Source: Longimicrobiales bacterium
GTDB taxonomy: Bacteria > Gemmatimonadota > Gemmatimonadetes > Longimicrobiales > Gaopeijiaceae
Length of the DNA: 64,000 nt
Assembly (NCBI GenBank): GCA_965116905.1
Contig: OZ220732.1
Coordinates: 672,001 to 736,000 of the forward strand
Reading direction: 5' to 3'
Part shown: piece after piece, positions 8,785 to 18,610 of the stretch
Numbering within the stretch: the stretch's first letter is position 1
Layout of the letters: every line of letters starts with the position of its first letter
Translations under genes and position numbers: made by a program
The notes under the pieces: model-generated
The model's database searches: none
Told to the model about the DNA's origin: nothing
Seen by the model: the letters and a program-made list of their open reading frames with translations, nothing else

Positions 8785-10534
8785 CCGGGTCAGCCGCGGA
8801 AACGCGCAGAGTCAGGATGTCCATGTCGTGAAACTGTTGGTGGCGGACCGATGACGCGAGGTGTCGGAGCAGCCGGAGCGAGATCTCGTGCTCCACGCGG
8901 GCGGCCCTGGTCTGCTCCCTGAGCCACTCCAGGCGGTCCTGAAGATTGAGTTCGTCGCTCCCCGCGGCCCCTACCCTGAATTCCAGCACGGCCTCGCCGT
9001 CCTCCACATGTGCGGTCAGCAGCAATTCCGATCGCCTGTCCCCGGGCGTCCCCTCCGCTCCCTCCACCTCCTCCGTTTCCTCGCGCGACTGCAGAAGCGT
9101 GAGCAGCGTCTCCTCGCTCGCCGCCTCCAGCCGCCCCAGGACCCCTTCCAGACCGTTGCGGACGGCAAACGCCTGGATGAACTCCCGGATACGGGGCAGC
9201 TCCGCCACGTCGAGCTTACCCCTGAGCTGGCCTTTCCTCCGTACCGTCAGCGCCGTGAGCAGCAGCGCCAACAGGCCCCCCGTGGTCACCCCGTTGCTGA
9301 ACACACCGCCCGCGAATTCCGCGAAAAAAGCCGGGAAGATCATGTCGAGCTCCAACGCGACACCAGCCCAGAACGAGACGCCCGCGATGAGGCCGTTGCG
9401 AGGGTTCGTACCCATGCTTCTCACGACCTCGCGCATCCCGACCGTGAACAGCATGGCCATGACCACGGCAATGGACGCGGCCACGACGGCGTCCGGAATG
9501 GCGAGAACGGCTGCGAGCCCCTTCGGAAGAAGGGCCAGGAGCACGAAGGCCAGCCCGGCTGCGGCCCCGACGGTCCGCGACGCAACACCGGTAACCTCGA
9601 CGGCGGCCACACAGTTGGCGTTAGGCGTGTTGGGCATCGTCCCCGCCACACCCGCCAGCAGGTTCCCCGCGCCCTCCGCGGCTACCGAGCGCTGCACCGC
9701 TCGAAAATCGACCGCCCGGGACCGGCGCCACGCCACGCGCTGGGCCGCTACCACGACGGCGACCGACTTGGTCGATCCGACCAGCGCCACGAACAGGAAC
9801 GCCGGGAGCAGTGCCCAGAAGGCAGGCCCGAAGTCGAGATCCAGTCCTGGCAGGCGGCCGGCCGGGATGCCGATCCACGCGGCATCGGCGACGCGCCCGG
9901 TGTCGTAGATCCCGAAGTACCCACCGACAAGCGAACCGGCCACGAGGCCGGCAGCCGGTGCCCACAGACGCAACGGTCCTCTGGCCTTGAGGGCGACCCC
10001 CACGATGACGGAGATCGTGACGCCGGCGCTCACCGGCCCGGCAAACGGGGGAGCTCCCGGCGGCAGGTCGTGCAGCATGCCGAAGAGGTGCGGCATCACC
10101 GTCACGGGAAGCAGCATCACCACCGTCCCCGTGACGATGGGCGTGAGAAGCCGGTGCAGCAGGGACAGCCGCACGGACAAGGCCGCCTGAGCCAGCGCCG
10201 AGATGACGACCAGGGTGGCGAGCAGCCCCGGTCCTCCCTGGATCAAGGCCTCCACGCAGACCGAGATGAAGATTGCCGAACTGACGTGCGTCACGGCGTA
10301 GCCCGAACCGATCCGTCCCAACCGCACGGCCTGCAGAAGCGTGGCCACTCCGCATGCCAGGACGGAGGCGAACACTGCCCAGAGCACGATCTCCCCGGCG
10401 CCGGCCGCACGAAACACGATCGTCGGCATCAACACCGCCCCGTTGATGCCCAGGGCCGCGAGCTGCAGACCGAGACCTACGGTGACCGGCCCCGAAAGCC
10501 GGTCGTCGACTTCATGGCTCAGTACTTCCTTCAT
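8774..10534 (-). CDS. Xanthine/uracil (NCS2) permease with a C-terminal cytoplasmic extension
   Basis: Start MKEVLSHEVDD at 10534 (ATGA overlap with dctM); LLQAVRLGRIGSG, PIVTGTVVML, AEGAGNLLAG motifs; soluble C-terminal domain. Confidence 0.8.
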   Translation of the reverse strand: MKEVLSHEVDDRLSGPVTVGLGLQLAALGINGAVLMPTIVFRAAGAGEIVLWAVFASVLACGVATLLQAVRLGRIGSGYAVTHVSSAIFISVCVEALIQGGPGLLATLVVISALAQAALSVRLSLLHRLLTPIVTGTVVMLLPVTVMPHLFGMLHDLPPGAPPFAGPVSAGVTISVIVGVALKARGPLRLWAPAAGLVAGSLVGGYFGIYDTGRVADAAWIGIPAGRLPGLDLDFGPAFWALLPAFLFVALVGSTKSVAVVVAAQRVAWRRSRAVDFRAVQRSVAAEGAGNLLAGVAGTMPNTPNANCVAAVEVTGVASRTVGAAAGLAFVLLALLPKGLAAVLAIPDAVVAASIAVVMAMLFTVGMREVVRSMGTNPRNGLIAGVSFWAGVALELDMIFPAFFAEFAGGVFSNGVTTGGLLALLLTALTVRRKGQLRGKLDVAELPRIREFIQAFAVRNGLEGVLGRLEAASEETLLTLLQSREETEEVEGAEGTPGDRRSELLLTAHVEDGEAVLEFRVGAAGSDELNLQDRLEWLREQTRAARVEHEISLRLLRHLASSVRHQQFHDMDILTLRVSAADPGGS

Positions 10535-11838
10535 CCGTACATGGCGTTCGGCAGTAACGTGGCAACGCGCGGAAACAGCGCGAGCAGAATCAGCGCCGCG
10601 AGCATCGCGATCCAGAAGGGTATGATGCCGCGGAACATCCTGTACACCGGCACGTCGGGAGCCACCCCCTTCACGACGAAGATGTTCAACCCGACCGGAG
10701 GCGAGATCAGGCCCATCTCGAGGGTGATGACGATCATCACGCCGAACCAGATCATGTCGACACCCAGCGACTCGAGGATCGGCTGGACCAGGGGAACGGT
10801 CAGCACCAGCATCGCGAATCCGTCGAGAAATGTGCCGAGCACGATGAACATGACCAGCACCAGCATGACCACCTGAGCACCCGAAAACCCCTGTTCGGCC
10901 ACCCACTCGGAAGCAGCGAACGCGACCCCGGTCAGTCCGAGGAACACCTTGAACACGAAGGCGCCGAACAGCACCAGAAAGGCGGTGCCGCTCGCCTTCA
11001 GCGTAGCCCTGACCACCTCGGGCACGGTCTTCCGGTTCAGAGCCCGCCGCACGCACGCCGCGACCAGCGTCAGCAGCGCCCCCACCCCCGCCGCCTCGAT
11101 CGCCGAGAAGACGCCGGCGTAGATGCCGCCGATGGTCACCACCACGATGCCCATTATCCACGCCGCCCTCGCGGTGGCGCCGAGCCGGTCGCCCCACGGC
11201 ACGGGCTGACTGGCGTGCGGCGCCTTGGCCGGGTCGCGTCTGACGACGATCCAGACGGCCAGGACGAACAGCAGCGTGAGCAGGATCCCCGGGATCACCC
11301 CGGCCATGAACAGGCGTCCGATGCTCTCTTCGGTGATGATCCCGTAGATGACCAGTCCCGCGGACGGCGGGATCAGAAAGCCGAGCGTGCCGCCGGCGGC
11401 GATGACGCCCGTCGCCAGGGAATCGTCGTACCCGAATCGCCGCATCTCGGGAAGGGACACGCGGCCCATCGTCAGCGCGGCGGCCAGCGACGAGCCCGAC
11501 AGCGCCGAGAATCCGGCACAGGCGACGATCGACGCGGACGCAAGGCTGCCGCGGACCCGGCCGAGCCAGGCGTGGGCCGCGCGGTACAGGTCGTGGCTCA
11601 TCCCGGACACCACGGCGAGGTTGCCCATCAGCATGAACAGCGGCAGGATGGTGAGCGAGTACCGGGAGGCCACCGCGAAGACCTCCCCGGCCACCACGGG
11701 CACGATCGCCCCGGGACGAATCAGCGCAATTCCGGCCACGCCCGCGACCAGCATCGCCAGCCCCGCGGGCATGCGGATCAGAAGCAGCGCGAGGAGGGCC
11801 AGGAAGCCCAGCAGCGCGACTCCGGTGCCGTCCATCAT
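10531..11838 (-). CDS. dctM: TRAP transporter large permease
   Basis: LPLFMLMGNL, GGTLGFLIPPS, EMGLISPPVGLN motifs. Confidence 0.9.
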   Translation of the reverse strand: MMDGTGVALLGFLALLALLLIRMPAGLAMLVAGVAGIALIRPGAIVPVVAGEVFAVASRYSLTILPLFMLMGNLAVVSGMSHDLYRAAHAWLGRVRGSLASASIVACAGFSALSGSSLAAALTMGRVSLPEMRRFGYDDSLATGVIAAGGTLGFLIPPSAGLVIYGIITEESIGRLFMAGVIPGILLTLLFVLAVWIVVRRDPAKAPHASQPVPWGDRLGATARAAWIMGIVVVTIGGIYAGVFSAIEAAGVGALLTLVAACVRRALNRKTVPEVVRATLKASGTAFLVLFGAFVFKVFLGLTGVAFAASEWVAEQGFSGAQVVMLVLVMFIVLGTFLDGFAMLVLTVPLVQPILESLGVDMIWFGVMIVITLEMGLISPPVGLNIFVVKGVAPDVPVYRMFRGIIPFWIAMLAALILLALFPRVATLLPNAMYG

Positions 11839-12389
11839 TCGACCGGCTCGTTGGGGTCTTCGGCGTTCCACACCGCCAGCCCCAGCAGCAGCTGCGATCC
11901 GAGCAGCAGTCCGTACGCGGCCATCGACATGCCGAGCGCGTAGTAGAACGGCGTGTGCGGGATCGAAACGCTGCCGGTCACGGCGCCGCAGGGCAGACCG
12001 CAGCCGCCGTGGACGAACAGCGCGTACGCGGCCACCCCGGCCACCGCCACGCCAAGGAGCCTGGCGACCGCGTCGGTCAGCCGGGTGACGCGCCGGCCCG
12101 CAAACCGCCCGATCAGATTGACGCAGACATGAGACCCCTCACGGGCGCCGTACGCGACCGCCGCCGCGACCACCACCGCGAGCGACATCGTCGAGACGTC
12201 CTCGGCCCAGAGCAGCGAATCGTTCAGGACGTAGCGCCAGAAGACCTCGGCCACGGTGACTCCGAGCAGCACCACGAGCGCCGCACCACCCACGACCGTG
12301 AACGCCTCCGCCGGGCGGCGGCAGAACGCTTCGGCCCGCGCGAAGCGGTCCCGGTGCCTCTCGAAAAAGGTCATCGGGCCCGGGCTCAT
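11835..12389 (-). CDS. dctQ: TRAP transporter small permease
   Basis: 4 TM segments; EVFWRYVLNDSLLWAED, GSHVCV motifs; directly upstream of dctM. Confidence 0.85.
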   Translation of the reverse strand: MSPGPMTFFERHRDRFARAEAFCRRPAEAFTVVGGAALVVLLGVTVAEVFWRYVLNDSLLWAEDVSTMSLAVVVAAAVAYGAREGSHVCVNLIGRFAGRRVTRLTDAVARLLGVAVAGVAAYALFVHGGCGLPCGAVTGSVSIPHTPFYYALGMSMAAYGLLLGSQLLLGLAVWNAEDPNEPVE

Positions 12390-12403
12390 CCTGTCCGGGC
12401 GCC

Positions 12404-13387
12404 CTACTCCGGGCGCGAACGAATTCCCGTCAACTCCTCGCTCAGCCGCCGCAGCCTGGCCCGCGCGTCCGGGTCGTAGGCCTGGGCGTTCGCCCGCCTC
12501 GGGTTCAGGCCGCTGAAGTACTGCCCGCTCTCGAAGTCGTCCGAGTCGACCACCTGCATGACCGCGTCGGCGCCCTCGGCGATCGTCGAACGCGGCGTCG
12601 CCCCTGCCCGCCGCACCATTTCGGTCGGCATGTACGTCGCCGGATGCAGCGAGCCGACCACGATGCCGGTTCCCGCCAGATCCTCGGCCAGGTCGTGCGT
12701 GAACATGATCTGCGCCAGTTTGCTCTGCGCGTAAGCCCGCCGCCCGCTGAAGTTGTTCTCGATCATCACGTCGTCGAAGTCGATCGGCGTCTGCGCCCCA
12801 GACGACACGTTCACGATGCGCGCCGGCACACTCGCCCGCAGCCGCGGCATCAGCATGTGCGTGAGCAGAAAGGTCGACAGGTAGTTCACCTGGAAGCGGT
12901 ACTCATGCCCGTCCTCGGTGACCCACCGCTCGTCCGGAGCCGAGCCGAACCCCGCGTTGTTGATCAGGATGTCCAGCCGCTCGTAGTCCGCCAGCAGCGT
13001 CTCCGCGAACTCGCGCACCTGGGCCAGCGACGCGAAGTCGGCGCGTTGGAAGCGCGCGCTCCCGGGTCCCGCCGCGTTAATGGCGTCCACCACCTCGGCA
13101 CCGCGCTCGACGTTCCGCCCGTGCACGATCACGTGGTCGCCCCGCGCCCCCAGCCGCATTGCGAGTTCCCTGCCGAGCCCGGAGGTGGCGCCGGTGACCA
13201 GGACCACCTGTTGTCCGGGAGCGGGTTCGGCGGTCGTCTGGGCGTGTGCCGCGCCGGGGATGATGGGTTGGGAGATAAGCAGGGCGGCGGTGGCGATTGC
13301 GGTGGCGAGCCCCGCGCGGGCCGGCAGGCGGGCCGCCGACCGGGCAGCCTGCGTGAAGTTCCGGTTTTCGGATGCTGTGCTGTTCAT
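12404..13387 (-). CDS. Short-chain dehydrogenase/reductase with an N-terminal signal-like segment
   Basis: VLVTGATSGLG, LINNAG, YAQSK catalytic YxxxK; start at MNSTASEN inferred. Confidence 0.85.
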   Translation of the reverse strand: MNSTASENRNFTQAARSAARLPARAGLATAIATAALLISQPIIPGAAHAQTTAEPAPGQQVVLVTGATSGLGRELAMRLGARGDHVIVHGRNVERGAEVVDAINAAGPGSARFQRADFASLAQVREFAETLLADYERLDILINNAGFGSAPDERWVTEDGHEYRFQVNYLSTFLLTHMLMPRLRASVPARIVNVSSGAQTPIDFDDVMIENNFSGRRAYAQSKLAQIMFTHDLAEDLAGTGIVVGSLHPATYMPTEMVRRAGATPRSTIAEGADAVMQVVDSDDFESGQYFSGLNPRRANAQAYDPDARARLRRLSEELTGIRSRPE

Positions 13388-13562
13388 TGCGCGAATTCCC
13401 CCGGCTGATCGATCCCTGATCGGTTGGCAGTACTTTCGACTCGGAAGCTCTGCCGGGCAACCGTGTTCAGAGTATATTTCCGAGTAGTCGGCTGCGAGCC
13501 GTGACCGGGGCTGCGAGGCGCGACCGAGGCTGCGAGGCGCGACCGAAGCGAAAAGGGTGGCC

Positions 13563-14924
13563 ATGAATCTCACCGAGGTACTCCGCAGGCCGGAGGGGAA
13601 GACGCTGGAGTTCAAGCGGGACCTGTCGTCGCCGCAGGGATTCGTCCGCACCGTGGCCGCATTCGCGAACACGGCGGGCGGCACCATTCTCGTCGGGGTT
13701 ACCGATCGGAAGAGGGACATCCGCGGCATCGGCGACGCCCTGGACCTCGAGGAGCGGGCCGCAAGCCTGATCAGCGACTCGATTCAGCCCCGGATTCTCC
13801 CCGATCTGGAGATCATCAGCTACCGGAACCGGCAGTTGCTTGCCGTGCGGGTCCATCCCAGCGCCTCGCGGCCCCACTTCGTCAAGCGGGCCGGACTGAG
13901 AAGCGGCACGTATGTCCGCATCGGATCCACCAATCGGCAGGCCGACGCCCAGCTCATCGCCGAGATGCAGAGGTTCGCCATCGGAGAGACCTTCGACGAA
14001 TGGCCGATCCCGGAAGCGAACTCGGAAGCGCTGGACTTCCGAGCGGCTTCCGAGTCCTTCGCACGCGTGCGCAAGCTGACGCGCGGGAACCTGGAAACGC
14101 TCCGCCTGCTGACCCGGCACCAGGGGCGGCTCGTACCCACCGTGGGGGGCATGCTGCTCTTCGGACGCGATCGACTCAACCGTTTTCCCGATGCCTGGAT
14201 CCAGGCCGGGCGCTTCGCCGGAACGGACAAGGCAACCGTGCTCGACCACGTCCGGCTGGACATGCACCCGATCCAGGCTATCGAAGAGGCGGTGGCATTC
14301 GTCGAGAAACACTCCACGCGCGGAGCCGTCATCGGGCGGGTGCGGCGCCGGGACCGCTGGAGCCTGCCCCCCGTGGCGGTGCGCGAGGCGATCGTGAACG
14401 CGGTTGTCCACGCGGACTATTCGCAGCGAGGCGCGCCGATCCGGGTGGCCATCTTCGACGATCGCCTCGAGGTCGAGAACCCCGGTCTCCTTCCCTTCGG
14501 CATCACACTGGACGACCTGCCGCTCGGCATCTCCAAGCTGCGCAACCGGGTCGTCGGGCGCGTGTTCCACGAGCTGGGCCTGGTCGAGCAGTGGGGCAGC
14601 GGGGTCCAGAGGATGATCTCCGCGTGCCACGACGATGGCCTGGCCACGCCGGTGTGGGAGGAAATCGGGTTCCGCCTGCGGGTGACCTTACGCACCGGTC
14701 CGTCGCGGCCGCTCCGGATCGACCCCAGGGACCGGACGATCCTCGATCTGCTGGGGACCGGCGAGGGGCGTGGGACCCGCGAGATCGCCGAGGCGATCGG
14801 TCTCTCGACGCGCTCCACCAGAACCCGACTCGCCAGGCTGGTCGAACGGGGGCTGGTGCGTGAGGCGGGGACCGGGCCGCACGACCCGCGACGCAAGTAC
14901 CTGCTTGCGGTGGATGAGCCCTGA
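13563..14924 (+). CDS. Schlafen/AlbA_2 + HATPase_c_4 (RecG-C-like) + HTH protein
   Basis: EGKTLEFK...AFANTAGG; REAIVNAVVHADY; LEVENPG; EQWGSGV; C-terminal wHTH. Confidence 0.85.
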   Translation: MNLTEVLRRPEGKTLEFKRDLSSPQGFVRTVAAFANTAGGTILVGVTDRKRDIRGIGDALDLEERAASLISDSIQPRILPDLEIISYRNRQLLAVRVHPSASRPHFVKRAGLRSGTYVRIGSTNRQADAQLIAEMQRFAIGETFDEWPIPEANSEALDFRAASESFARVRKLTRGNLETLRLLTRHQGRLVPTVGGMLLFGRDRLNRFPDAWIQAGRFAGTDKATVLDHVRLDMHPIQAIEEAVAFVEKHSTRGAVIGRVRRRDRWSLPPVAVREAIVNAVVHADYSQRGAPIRVAIFDDRLEVENPGLLPFGITLDDLPLGISKLRNRVVGRVFHELGLVEQWGSGVQRMISACHDDGLATPVWEEIGFRLRVTLRTGPSRPLRIDPRDRTILDLLGTGEGRGTREIAEAIGLSTRSTRTRLARLVERGLVREAGTGPHDPRRKYLLAVDEP

Positions 14925-14946
14925 ACGAGAGCGGCACTTCCGTACG

Positions 14947-16242
14947 TCAGGGCTCAGGCGCCCGCGACCCTCGCGGCAGGGTTGCGGGGTCGGGGCCCGG
15001 GTCCCGCGCCGCGCGGGGCAGCGTGTCGGGCGTTAAATCGGACGCCGCCGCCGCGCGCGGAAGAGCGGCCCGGGCCTCGAGCTTCCTGATCGCGCGGGAG
15101 ACCGCGTCATGCCGGGGGTCGCCCGCGCCGATGCCCCTCAGGGTCCGGCGAAGCTCCGGGAGCGCCTCCACCGCGTTGATCTCGGCGAGCGCGTTGGCCG
15201 CGTGCACACCGACGGGAGCGATCAGGGCGGCCGACAGCGCGGCGACGATCTCCGCCCGGTACTCGTCGCCCCTTGCCTTGAGACTGCCGAAATCACCGGC
15301 AAACACCTTGCGCAGGGTGTCGACCAGTTCGTTCTCGCCCAACTGCCGCAACGCATCGGTCGCGCGCTCGCGAACGGGGCGGCCATCGGCCCACCCGGGG
15401 CTGCCGAGCAACGGAATAAGGGGGCCGACCGAGCCCCGATGCCCGATTTCGGCGAGCGCTTCGATGGCCCGGACCGTGAGCTTCTCGTCCTCGTCCCGGA
15501 GCACGGTCGCAAGCGCCGGAATCGCCGCCGGGTCCCCCAGCCGTCCGAGGGCGGCGGCCGCGTCGCGTCGCATTCCGTAGCTCTCCCAGAGGATGTGCTT
15601 GTCCTCGATCCGGCCTCCCGGCGCGCGCAGGCGCCGGATGTGGATGCGCGCGTCGTCCTCGTACGCCTTCCCCTCGTGACACACCTCCCGCAACACCTCG
15701 GCGAAGAGGTCGAACAGGATCTTCAGCTTCGCCAGGTCCTTGATGACGCCGGCTGCCTGGAAGTGGAGTTCGTCCACCCCTTCGGGGAACTTGCTAAACC
15801 AGCCTTCGTGCGCCTTGACGGACAGGTTGATCCTGGGCTGAGCGTCGATGAGCTTGCGGATCCTCGGGTTGTCGAAGAGGCGCCGCACGCGGCCCGGCGC
15901 GTTGCTCTTGATCACGAAGTCCCGGTCGAAGCGAGCGTGGCCGACCGCGATGTCCTGCATGCCCATCGCCTTTCCCAGTCCACTGAAGATGCTCGCCCGG
16001 TAGATCTCGAACCTGAAGCGCTCGGGATTGAAGTAGGGCGCGCGGAGCCTCGTGAAGGTCTGGTTCGTCTTGCCGTCACCCGTGGTGACCGTGTCCAGCG
16101 TGATGATCCAGTCGCCCGCGCGGGCCTGGACGGCGGTCGTGGCGAGGAGTCCTCCTTCGTGGAACTGCCCCCGCACCTCGCTCGACAGCTGTCGCCAGAT
16201 CACCTTCTGGCTCGGTCCGAAAAGGGATTTCAGGAAGCTCAT
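14947..16242 (-). CDS. HEAT-repeat-containing protein
   Basis: RRDAAAALGRLGDPAAIPALATVL, VRERATDALRQLG repeats; uncharacterised N-terminal domain. Confidence 0.7.
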   Translation of the reverse strand: MSFLKSLFGPSQKVIWRQLSSEVRGQFHEGGLLATTAVQARAGDWIITLDTVTTGDGKTNQTFTRLRAPYFNPERFRFEIYRASIFSGLGKAMGMQDIAVGHARFDRDFVIKSNAPGRVRRLFDNPRIRKLIDAQPRINLSVKAHEGWFSKFPEGVDELHFQAAGVIKDLAKLKILFDLFAEVLREVCHEGKAYEDDARIHIRRLRAPGGRIEDKHILWESYGMRRDAAAALGRLGDPAAIPALATVLRDEDEKLTVRAIEALAEIGHRGSVGPLIPLLGSPGWADGRPVRERATDALRQLGENELVDTLRKVFAGDFGSLKARGDEYRAEIVAALSAALIAPVGVHAANALAEINAVEALPELRRTLRGIGAGDPRHDAVSRAIRKLEARAALPRAAAASDLTPDTLPRAARDPGPDPATLPRGSRAPEP

Positions 16243-16261
16243 TCAGCAGATTCTCCGGCGT

Positions 16262-17854
16262 TCATCGCAGTCGCACCACGGGGTGCTTCACCTTCAGGTC
16301 GGTCTTGCGCTGCAGGTCGTGCACGGTCACGCACAGCCAGCGGTTCTCGTCCACTGAATACGTAACACGCAGCCTCGGTCCTTCTCCCCTGCCGGCCGGA
16401 TTGAGCGGCAGCGCCGGGTCCGCCTCGTTAAGGCACAGGCAGAAAGCCCGCTCGCCCGCGGTCTTCGGGACGAAGTAGCGGGAGCCGTTGGCCCGCTCGG
16501 TCCAGTCGAACGGACGGCCCGCGACGCGCCCGACCTCGCAGATGAAGAGGTTGATGTGCTGCTGGCCGTCGAACCCCGGCGCGTAGTAGCGCGTCACGAA
16601 GTTGTCGGCCGTCGGGAAGGTCGTTCCGCCGGGGATGAGCAGCTCGTACTCGGCCTCGCCGCCGTCGTCGGGCAGGAGGCGAAGCGCGTAGTCGTGGTAG
16701 ATGAAGTCCTCCACGTGCGCGCCCCCCGCAAAGATGCACGCGCCTCGGGCGACGGCCTCGAAGGGGAGCCATTCGCGCACCTTGTCGCGGCCCAGCACGT
16801 CGCCCACGACGTTGCGCACTTCGGGGAGCAGGGTGGACCCGCCCTCGAGGATCACGTCGTCGATGTCGTCGGGCATGACGCCGTGGCGGGTTCGCAACTC
16901 GGTGAGCAGGGCGCCCAGGAGCTCGCGGATGCGCGCGTACAGGCCGTTCTCGGCAAGGATGTCGCGCAGCACGCCGTGGTCGAGCCTGCCGAACGACTCG
17001 CTGCGGAAGGTGAAGTCGCCCTCGCTGCCCGCGCTGGCGAGCAGTTTCACGCGCTCGGCCTCCCACCTGAGCGCGACCTCCCATTCGGGCCAGTCGTGCA
17101 GCGCGGCCGGCACGAGCCGGGCCAGGATCCAGCCGTCGATGTCGTCACCGCCCAGTTCCACCGCCTGTTTTGCCAGCACTTCCGCGCGGCCTGTCTCCAC
17201 CGTCCGGGCACCGGCGGTCCTCACGACGGCCGCTTCCATCGATCCGCCGCCGAAGTCGAAGGCCACGAGCGTGGTGGGACGTCCGACATCGACCCCGTAG
17301 CCGAGCGCGGCCGCGACGGGCTCGTCGAGCGTTCGAAAGGTGATCCCGGCCGGCTTCCCCCGAAGACGCGCCCAGATGCGATTCCACCAGCTGCGGTGCC
17401 TGACGCCGCGGATGATCGCCTGCAGCTCGGCCCGGTACGTCTCGTAGAAGCCGCTGGGCGTGGCAATGGTCACGTCGGCCACCTCTTCACCGAACTGCGT
17501 CTCCAGCGTGCCGACGACCTCGCGAAGGAAGAGCGACGCGACATCCTGGGCGGTGAAGGTCCGGCCGCCCACGCGCGCCACGGCGCGGCCGCTCTCCGTG
17601 TCGAGGTGGCGCTTGAAGCCGCGTGCGAATCCGGTCGCGCGGCCGTCCCAGTTGTAGGTGACCGCCTGCTGGCCGATCAGCACTTCCGAGCCCTCCCGGT
17701 CCATGACGCACACGCATGTCGGAATGACCGGGGTCTGCGTCAGGGGCTCGATCTTCGCGAGTTCGGGCAGGTTCACGACGTGCGGCCGCCCGGAGCGGTC
17801 CTCGCAAATGGTCGTGTTGGAAGTGCCGAGGTCGATTGCCCAGTGGGTTGGCAT
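16262..17854 (-). CDS. Divergent Hsp70-family protein
   Basis: AIDLGTSNT, LDEPVAAALGY, FDFGGGS, LGGDDID, ILEGGSTLLP motifs; lacks the typical DnaK lid. Confidence 0.85.
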   Translation of the reverse strand: MPTHWAIDLGTSNTTICEDRSGRPHVVNLPELAKIEPLTQTPVIPTCVCVMDREGSEVLIGQQAVTYNWDGRATGFARGFKRHLDTESGRAVARVGGRTFTAQDVASLFLREVVGTLETQFGEEVADVTIATPSGFYETYRAELQAIIRGVRHRSWWNRIWARLRGKPAGITFRTLDEPVAAALGYGVDVGRPTTLVAFDFGGGSMEAAVVRTAGARTVETGRAEVLAKQAVELGGDDIDGWILARLVPAALHDWPEWEVALRWEAERVKLLASAGSEGDFTFRSESFGRLDHGVLRDILAENGLYARIRELLGALLTELRTRHGVMPDDIDDVILEGGSTLLPEVRNVVGDVLGRDKVREWLPFEAVARGACIFAGGAHVEDFIYHDYALRLLPDDGGEAEYELLIPGGTTFPTADNFVTRYYAPGFDGQQHINLFICEVGRVAGRPFDWTERANGSRYFVPKTAGERAFCLCLNEADPALPLNPAGRGEGPRLRVTYSVDENRWLCVTVHDLQRKTDLKVKHPVVRLR

Positions 17855-17890
17855 GCGGGAAGCTACCGCGTCATCATGTATGGTGTCACC

Positions 17891-18595
17891 ATGAGCGCGC
17901 CCAACTCCGATCGAAGAGCCGGCATTCCCGCCGGACTGCTCGCAGCGCTTGTCGTCGTCCTCCTGGCGCTTGCCGGCATCGTCGCCCGCTACCGGATCCA
18001 TGGGGATCTCAACGCGGTCCACGGTCTGTTCAGCGTGTTCTTCTCGCTCAATCTGCTGATCTGCTACTGGGAGGCGTGTCTCTTCCTTCGGCGGGACTAC
18101 ATCGAGAAGCGCGTCCTGCACTGGCACAGACGGCAGCGGGACACCGGCCGGTCACCGGCCCGCGAGTTTCTCTTCACCAGGGTGCCGCCGGGACGGATCC
18201 TGTCCCCCACCGTCTGGGCCGACGTCTGGGCCACGTACGCGATGATCGATCCGGCCTATGCGGACCGCCGGTCCTTCGGCTTCACCGCCGATATCGGCAA
18301 CGGCTTCGTCACACCCGTCCCGACGCTGATCCTGTACGCCGCCTTTACCCTCGGATTCGTGCCCGCCATCCTTGCCGGCATCGTTGGCGTCATGCTCTTC
18401 TGGCAATGGGTCTATGTGACGTCGCTGTACTGGGTCAGCTTCATCGTGGCCCACCGGCAGGCCCATATCACCAGGGGCGAACTCTTCACCTACATTGCCG
18501 TCCCGAACGCGGTCTGGGTGTTGATTCCGGCGTTCGGACTGTACGTGTCCATTCGCCTGATCGTGGAGGGGAACTACGGTGTCCTGGGGTTTTAG
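17891..18595 (+). CDS. Membrane protein with an EXPERA/EBP-like domain
   Basis: Several TM segments; VWATYAMIDPAY and YIAVPNAVWVLIP resemble the EBP/EXPERA W-x-x-Y-x-x-x-D-x-x-Y and N-x-x-W-x-x-x-P motifs. Confidence 0.5.
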   Translation: MSAPNSDRRAGIPAGLLAALVVVLLALAGIVARYRIHGDLNAVHGLFSVFFSLNLLICYWEACLFLRRDYIEKRVLHWHRRQRDTGRSPAREFLFTRVPPGRILSPTVWADVWATYAMIDPAYADRRSFGFTADIGNGFVTPVPTLILYAAFTLGFVPAILAGIVGVMLFWQWVYVTSLYWVSFIVAHRQAHITRGELFTYIAVPNAVWVLIPAFGLYVSIRLIVEGNYGVLGF

Positions 18596-18610
18596 GAAAC
18601 GAAGGCTTCC

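Noticed and set aside
13490..13550. Short GC-rich tandem repeats (also at about 7737-7760 and 19257-19315)
   Set aside because: Two to five degenerate copies at gene junctions; most likely slippage products with no supportable function
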